Below are positions 56,920-64,000 of a DNA stretch of 64,000 nt, piece after piece. Position numbers and translations under genes: made by a program. The stretch comes from Octopus sinensis (taxonomy: Eukaryota): assembly GCF_006345805.1 (NCBI RefSeq), contig NC_043015.1:26288001-26352000 (forward strand). The letters are read 5' to 3'. Positions within the stretch are counted from its first letter, which is position 1, and every line of letters starts with the position of its first letter. Under the pieces are notes generated by a model. The model had not been told where the DNA came from. It searched no databases and saw only the letters and a list, made by a program, of their open reading frames with translations.

Positions 56920-57105
56920 GCAACCGGAAATGCTACTGTCGCCATAGAAACATCGCTATTACGGCTGAAAAGGATCTTAAAGCAAAATGTTTTAAATATC
57001 ATTATATAAAACCGGAATGGAAGTTTCCTGTACCGAAACAAAAATTCTCACTTTGTCGGCTGAGAGTGATTAATAATGGATTTCGCTGACGCATAGAAAT
57101 TGGAT
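56920..57105. promoter_or_regulatory. Promoter-like motif cluster (ETS, RFX X-box, TATA-like, CRE-like, CCAAT)
   Basis: accggaaat 56923-31; GTCGCCATAGAAAC 56938-51 (matches X-box GTHNYYATRRNAAC); tatataaaa about 57003; ggaagt/ttcctgt 57019-31; tgacgca 57087-93; attgg 57099-103. Lies in non-repetitive DNA. Confidence 0.5.
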
Positions 57106-57484
57106 AGGCTGATTTTTTTTTCCATCATTTTAAAATCAAACAGACTGTATTTTCTAGTCAATATAGTGGACAAAATATAGATAATAATTCATTCGATAGG
57201 TTAAATTACTTTGTTGGTGTGGTTCTCACTAAAAGGTAGTTGAATAATAAAATTATACGGCGATATCGTTGTTGCATATTTTATTAGAAGAGTGTATATT
57301 TTTTCTTTTTATTTATTTAAAAATGTGATGTTATATTTGTAGTGTGAGGGTGCATCATTCAGATGTGTTTATTTGGGGGAAAAACTGACCATTATTACAT
57401 CGATGTATCAACTATTTGTTTGTTTTTTGCTATTAAACAAGTAATAGCTTTCAAACGTAATATTGCAAATAATTATCATTAGAT

Positions 57485-57686
57485 AAGGCGGCGAGCTGGC
57501 AGAATCGGGGCAGGCAGGGCAAAATACTAAGCGGTATTTCGTCCGTTTTCACCTTCTGAGTTCAAATTCTCTCGAAGTCGACTTAAGATTTCGGCATTTC
57601 GAGGTCGATAAAATCAGTACCAGTTGAGAATCGATGTAATCCACTTAAACTCTCCTCTAAACTTGTGCTACAACCTGAAGCCAAAA
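57485..57686 (+). mobile_element. tRNA-SINE copy
   Basis: taaggcggcgagctggcagaatc head, gagttcaaattc B box. Confidence 0.75.
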
Positions 57687-57705
57687 TTATCATTATTATT
57701 ATTAT

Positions 57706-58194
57706 TGAGTGAGAGAGCACTGATAAGGGTACACTAGGCACATGCATCACAACAATATGTGCGCGACATGGTGATCTCATATCAAGATAAACAGCACATG
57801 ACCTTGCAGGTGGGGCTCACTTAGAATTTTCTTCAGGTCGAGTAACCCATCCTGCTCAAAAGGTCCCTGAATAAGGGTTGTTTAAGGATGTTGAATGAAA
57901 CACCCATGTTACGAGAGGTGAATTATTCAAACCCCAAAGAATCCCTCTCAACACATGGCTATGATGGTCCCCCACTACGTCTGCTCGTAATCAGAGATGC
58001 ACATATCGTCAGCCACTGAGAGACATGCTCAACTGGTTAAGGTCAAACAACTGACAAGCAAATCTGTGGTATTGAGCAGAATATTTGCAGTAGCCCATCT
58101 TTTATACCAAGACAAAACAATGTACATGATAACGCTTCTAATCAGTTAAGATCAGAAGCCATGAGAGCCACTGCCTGGTACTGCATCAGGGCAT
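57706..58194 (-). mobile_element. Non-coding TAA-flanked element X (copy X2, both termini present)
   Basis: Minus strand TAA|tgccctgatgcagtacc...ctctctcactc|aataataat; homologous to 20791-21146; no ORF. Confidence 0.75.
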
Positions 58195-58218
58195 TTATTA
58201 TTATTATTATTATTTTTA

Positions 58219-58270
<52 letters not shown>
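58195..58270. repeat. (TTA)n
   Basis: Direct reading. Confidence 0.95.
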
Positions 58271-59166
58271 CACTTTACTACTGAGTACAGCTCTGTGTGC
58301 CTTGGGTATGTGCTGTGTTTTGTTGTGATGCTCTGATGGTTATTGTATGGAAAGTGTTTTGCGTAGGATGTGTGCTGTGCCCAGTAGTGCAATTTTCTAT
58401 ATGTTATGTGTTTGTAAGTCCTGGTGTTTTTGTTATGTATTTGTCTGAATATTTTTTTATCATGCCTAATACACCTACTATGATAGGAATTGTTTCTGTT
58501 TTTAGATTCCACATTCGAGTTACCTCTATTTCCAGGTCTTTATATTTTGAAAGTTTCTCCATATCTTTTAAAGAAACGTTGTCATCTACTGGTATTGATA
58601 CATCAATTAGAAAACATATTTTTTCTTGATCTCTGACAACTATATCTGGTCTGTTGGCCTTAATTTCTCTATCTGTGTGAATTGGCATATCCCAGAGTAT
58701 GGTTGCTTTCTCGTTTTCTGTGACCTTTTCTGGTGTGTGCCTATACCATCTTTTTCTGTTGTTATTCCATAATGTTGGCATAGCTTCCAGTGTATGAAGG
58801 TCCCAACTCTGTCGTGTCTGTGAATATATTCCTTCTTCGCCAGGACTAGGCAGCCAGAGATATGATTTATTGCTTCATGTCCATCTCCACATATTCTGAA
58901 GTTACTTGTTATATTTCTTTTCATTATACGTTTTTGGTAAGTTCTGGTGGGGAGGTTTTGGTCTTGTGCTGCAAATAAAAATCCCTCTGTTACTGCTTTG
59001 AGTCCTGAGCTTCTCAACCATTGCTGGGATTTTTCTTTGTCTATTTCTTTTGCATTTAGTTTAGTCCAGTATTTGCCATGAAGGGGCTTTTCTTGCCATC
59101 GTTTTATCATGGTTCGTTGCTGTTCTAGTTTTGTTTGGATTTCATTTGTTATATAGCTTTTTTTGT

Positions 59167-59426
59167 TTCTTCTTCTTCTTCTTCTTCTTCTTCTTCTTCT
59201 TCTTCTTCTTCTTCTTCTTCTTCTTTTTTTTTCTTTTTCTTTTTCTCTTATCTTTTTTTCTTTTTCGTTTTCGTCTTCTTCTTCTTATTCTTCTTCTTCT
59301 TTTCTTCTTCTTCTTCTTCTTTTTCTTTTTCTTTTTCTTTTTCTTTATCTTTTTCTTTTTCTTTTTCGTTTTCTTCTTCTTCTTCTTCTTCTTCTTCTTC
59401 TTCTTCTTCTTCTTTTCTTCTTCTTC
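59167..59426 (-). repeat. About 260-bp (GAA)-derived expansion inside the B3 coding sequence
   Basis: The orthologous site is only about 24-27 bp in B1 (13277-13300) and B2 (17823-17849). Confidence 0.92.
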
Positions 59427-62401
59427 ATATTTGTTAGGTGGTATGATTTCTTTGTATTTGTCAGTTTCCTTAAATACTGAGAACAATTTTTTGTTTTGCT
59501 CGTGTTTTGCCCCTTTTTGTATCAGTTTTCCTTCCTTCTGAAGTAGATATTTTTGCAGTCCTATGGTGGTTATTTTATAATAGGTTTCTAGCTGTATAAT
59601 GCCTCTACCACCTTCTATACGTTGTATATATAGTCTTTCTATGTCAGATTTTGGGTGATGCATCCTAGATCATGTCATTATTTTTCGTTTTCCAATCTAT
59701 TTTGGTTAGTTCATTTCGTGTCCAGTTAAGGATATTGTAGCTGTAACTTATAACTGGGACGGCTAAAGTGTTGATACCTGTTATCTTGTTTTTAGCATTG
59801 AACTCTGTTTGAAATATTGATCTAAACCATCTATAGTATACTTTCTTTATTTTCTCTTTCATTTGTGTGTGTTGTATCTTATCTAGTTCATGGATTCCTA
59901 AATATTTGTAAGTTTGGCTTTGGTCTAATTCTTTTATTTCATTGACTTCATCTAGTGTGATGCTGCTACTCTTAACTAGATTTCCTCTTTTCAGGGTTAC
60001 TTTGGCGCATTTTTCTAATCCAAATTTCATATCTATTTCTTTGGTAAATCCATGAACTGTCTTTAGTAGTGTTTCAAGCTGTTTGTCATTTGTAACGTAC
60101 AGTTTTAAGTCATCCATGTATAAAAGGTGGCTGATCGTTTTGCCGTAACATTTGTATCCGCATCCAGTTCTATTTAGCATATCAGACAGGGATGTCAGTG
60201 CCAAGCAGAAAAGGAGTGGAGAGCGCTCGTCACCCTGGAATATTCCACTTCTAATGGGGATGGCTTTGGTTTTCACGAGTCCCTCTTTTGTTTGGAGCTG
60301 TAGCACTGTCTGCCATTTATTCATAGAGTGTCCTATGTATTTTATAATAGTTGGTGCTACCTTGTTAATGGCTAGTATTTCGAGGAACTACGTGTAGGGA
60401 ATGCTATCAAACGCCTTTCAGTAGTCGATCCAGGCCATACTGAGGCCTTTCTTCTTTCTGCGGCTGTCTTCAGTTATGGCTTATTGATTATTAGTTGATC
60501 TTTACAGCCATATGAGCCCTTGCAGCATCCTTTCTGCTCTTCTGGGAACAGTTTGTTTTCGTCCAGGTGCTTGTTCAGCCTTTGCGATATCACTGCAGTA
60601 AATGCCTTGAACATAGTAGGGAGGCAGGTTATTGGTCTGTAGTTTTCTGGTTTTGCTGTTTCATCGGATTTGGGAATTAAGATGGTTTTCCCCTTCGTGA
60701 GCCATTCAGGCATTGTCTCTGGCACTGCCAGTATGTTGTTAAAGTTTTTAGCCAGCTTTTTGTGCATTCCTGTCAGATATTTCAACCAGAAGTTTGGAAT
60801 CTTGTCGTGCCCAGGTGCCTTCCAGTTGCTTAGTCTTTGCAGTGCCTGGGTGACCTCTTCAGTTGTTAAGGGGGTCCAAAGTTGTTCAGATGCCGAGTTT
60901 GTTATTTTGATACTTCTTTTTTTTGGTTGTTCGTTCGCCGACCATATTTCTCTCCAGAATTCTTCCAATTCTTCTGCCGTTGGTGCTGCAGTGACTTCTA
61001 TTTTATTTTTGCCCAGTTCTTGGTAGAACTTTTTGGGGTTGGAGTTGAACTTCTTGTTTTGTTCAAAGAAGCGTTGGCGTTTCTCGTACCGGCGGATCCT
61101 TTGTGCTTTGGCAAGGATATCTTGCTTCAGCTTTTCTTTTATCTCAGGCAAGTCTTTCTCTGTGATGTTATATTTGCGGAGTATTTTTGTTTTCTTTTTG
61201 TTGTCCAGTAGCGTTGATTGTTTGCTGATTTCATTAAGAATCGACAGATCCTTTCTAATTTTTTTTATTTTGTTTTGGATGTTATTTATCCACAGGGTTT
61301 GTTTGGGTGGTGGTACTCCTGTTTGGGCGGGTTTGATTGAGTATCCAGCTTCTTTTGTGGCTGCAGTGGCTGCTGCGTATATTAAGTTATTTAGCTCAGT
61401 GATATCACTTTTTTTTGTTTCAGTGGCTATTAGTTCCGTGACGGTTAGGTTTATGCTGTTTATAATTGGTGTTGTTATTTCGTCTATTTTGATTCTTGGG
61501 AGGTATGGTCGGTGGTCCATTTTGAGCTCTGTCTTTTTCAGTTCTTTGATTATTTTTTTTTATATTATCATAATCATTAGGCTCCCCTTCGTTGTTTACA
61601 TCTTGTTGTTGGGAATGTTGCGTTTGTCTTCGTGTTTTACAGTTTCAGTGGTTTATTATTGGGCATTGTTGTGTGGCTTCTATCTACATTTTCCTGGTGT
61701 ATTTTTTCTTTTAGATGTTCTATTTCTATTTCAGATATTTTTTTTGTGTTGAGAATGTATCTCGTACGTTAGCTAATTTATTAGGGTTCATTGCTGTATC
61801 CAAGTCTATATCTCTATTATTTTCCTTCCATATTTTATATGTATGTGTTGTTGTATTTTCATTTTTTGGGTAGAGCACTGCTGTGAAGATATGCGTGTAA
61901 GATAGAAATGTATTCCTCACGTGTCCATTTACGTCTTTTGGGTTTTATTTGCGGGACATGAGGTACAACGTCCGGCCCATTATTTTGACGGTCGTCATTT
62001 TCGTAGTAGGGTACCGGTCCGTTTATTTCTGTTGTCACATTATTTCGCACGCGTAGTTTTTCGTACATTTTTTGTTGTAAGTTTAATGTACGTACCGCTC
62101 GATTGTTATTCTTGGGTTGAATAATATCGGTGGCATTTAATTTCTTCGTAGTTCCTTGTACATGGTGTTTGGGGTCGGGGATGATCGTGATGTTCCACGC
62201 ATGTTTACATGTGTTGTGTTAGAGGTGGAGGATATCGAGTCAAAATACATCATTTCGTTTCGAAAATAGTAATAAATTTCAATTAGTATTACTTACTCGG
62301 ATACAGTCCAATTCTTTGTTAGTAAATCTTTGGCTCCATAGGATGTCCTTGTTTCGATGTTTGTGGATAGATTTCGGAGCTCTGTATTTTCCTTCTTACA
62401 T

Positions 62402-62504
62402 CTTAAACGTCCCCCGGTGTTCTCCTCTTACATCTTAAACGTCCCCCGGTGTTCTCTCTTAAACGTCCCCCGGTGTTCTCTCTTAAACGTCCCCCGGTGT
62501 TCTC
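62402..62504 (-). repeat. Four tandem copies of the 23-bp 5'-terminal sequence of B3
   Basis: cttaaacgtcccccggtgttctc at 62402, 62434, 62458 and 62482. Confidence 0.95.

Positions 62505-62559
<55 letters not shown>
62505..62559. repeat. (TTA)n
   Basis: Direct reading. Confidence 0.95.
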
Positions 62560-62945
62560 TTTGCCTTTGCAGAGCTTCTAATGCTGGGAATGTACTAAGG
62601 TGTCAGCTGTTCACTACCAGTGAACTAAGGTATCACCCCTTATGTTTCGAGCACCATCCGGAGTATTCGAGCGGTTCTAAGCAGTGCTGTTTCTGCAAGT
62701 GCTCCACCCTTATTGCAGCCCCTATTTGTTCCATGTACTTCTCAAGATTTTTACTCACTGTACCCAGGGCTCCGACAATTACTGGTACTACTGCCACTTT
62801 TTTCATCGACGACAACTATATCTATGATCCAGCATAGTTTGCCTTCTTTCTCAATTAACACTATGTCTGGTTTCCTATTTTCTATCTCGTGTTTGCTCCT
62901 CCACTTCCAAAATATCTATTATTCGCAGCTGTGAAGCAGTGCTTT
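62560..62945 (-). mobile_element. 3' fragment of R4/Dong-type LINE family C (copy C2)
   Basis: MKKVAVVPVIVGALGTVSKNLEKYMEQIGAAIRVEHLQK; 3'UTR matches 25900-26154. Confidence 0.85.
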
Positions 62946-64000
62946 GGAGACACTACAGATATGAAATATCAGAGATAATGAATAACAAAGGACCGCAGCA
63001 GCAACTGATTGTTTGTCCATCTGAAGATGTGTAAACCTTATTCCACAATGTGAAATAAGTTGTCCTGAAGGACAAAACGCACAGCACAGTCCAAGAATTG
63101 AACATATATTATAATGATGAAGCGTGTACACTAACCACTACAGAACACGCGCAGTAGTTAGATAACAAATAGATATAAGAATGTGGAAATTGCCTTAAAA
63201 TAAGAAGGTAACCATATAAAGTTATTCAAGGTCCCTGATAGGCAACTCTACATTATCCTAACAAACAATGAACGCAAGTGCTTCACCCAGCTCTTGCGGT
63301 CAACCTACGACCAATTCTATAATCTTAACCCATTTTCTATACAAATTTTTCAACTTAACTTTTCAAAGAATTTATTGAAGCACAACGGCGGTGTCATTAC
63401 ATCTATCTATTCAAGCGAACATTGAATATGTTGTTGAGGGCTTGTCCAGGATATGGGAGGGGTGTAGTTATGTCTTTAAACCTTACAAACCTATACATAA
63501 CACAACTCCCTTCACCAAAGAAAAAAGGAGGAATACTAACCACTCTTCTCTACTATTGTAAGGCTATGGTATTTGATTTGTACGGTTGACTCTCCTCATA
63601 GTAGCGGAGTCTTGGAACCAAGTAAGAAATAAACTATGTGTTAGAATTAATCCTAAAATACACTAAAAATTATCCTCCGATCACGAAAAACATGTAAGAC
63701 AAATTATCTTTGTTTTTCGTTTAGATTGCAATATTTTTAAATTGTCTTCTAGAAAAAGACGTGAAAGTATCTGATGATATATCTTACTCCACTGACTATA
63801 ACATCGCTGGGAATACAGGTTCAAACTTTTAATATTGGCGATTTTGAAACGTAAATATTTTTTCTGAATCTATTATTTTCAGGTATTTATTTATTTACAT
63901 ATTTTCAATAGTGTTATATTTTCAATTAAAAGACACAATGTATGATGTCAATTAATTAGTAGTCAGATAATTTTCAAAATATAACATATGTGATGCACAG

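Larger units (their letters stand above)
58271..62504 (-). mobile_element. Near full-length R4/Dong-type LINE family B (copy B3), inactivated
   Basis: KWTREEY N-terminal motif; RT (PENYRPITCL, GIFQGD, YMDDLKL, FGLEKC, YKYLG); CCHC; RLE. Frameshifts and a GAA expansion; TTA tracts on both sides. Confidence 0.94.

Overview
AT-rich, microsatellite-dense eukaryotic DNA. The SINE families resemble those I associate with octopod cephalopods, so Octopus is likely, but this is an inference. Most of the window is transposon-derived. (1) At least seven distinct families of restriction-like-endonuclease (R4/Dong-type) non-LTR retrotransposons sit head-to-tail inside (TAA)n tracts, in three orientation-locked arrays (about 6.9-21.1 kb +, 23.5-26.3 kb +, 57.7-62.9 kb -). 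A Helentron-type non-autonomous element and a non-coding TAA-flanked element share these tracts. (2) There are two RTE-clade LINEs; one is near full length, has C-terminal C2H2 fingers and is split by a complete mariner just upstream of YADD. (3) Tc1/mariner remnants and many tRNA-derived SINEs are scattered throughout. (4) A 0.9-kb cluster at 27.1-28.0 kb holds four Penelope-pLTR-type hammerhead ribozyme motifs, one with an intact catalytic core. (5) There is a homogeneous 31-bp minisatellite and an apparently exact 390-bp tandem duplication. No intact protein-coding gene can be called. A promoter-like segment with a perfect RFX X-box (about 56.9 kb) and a few minus-strand exon candidates hint at a host gene. 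Most ORFs in the supplied track are microsatellite or decayed-TE artefacts. All alignments and folds were done by eye.
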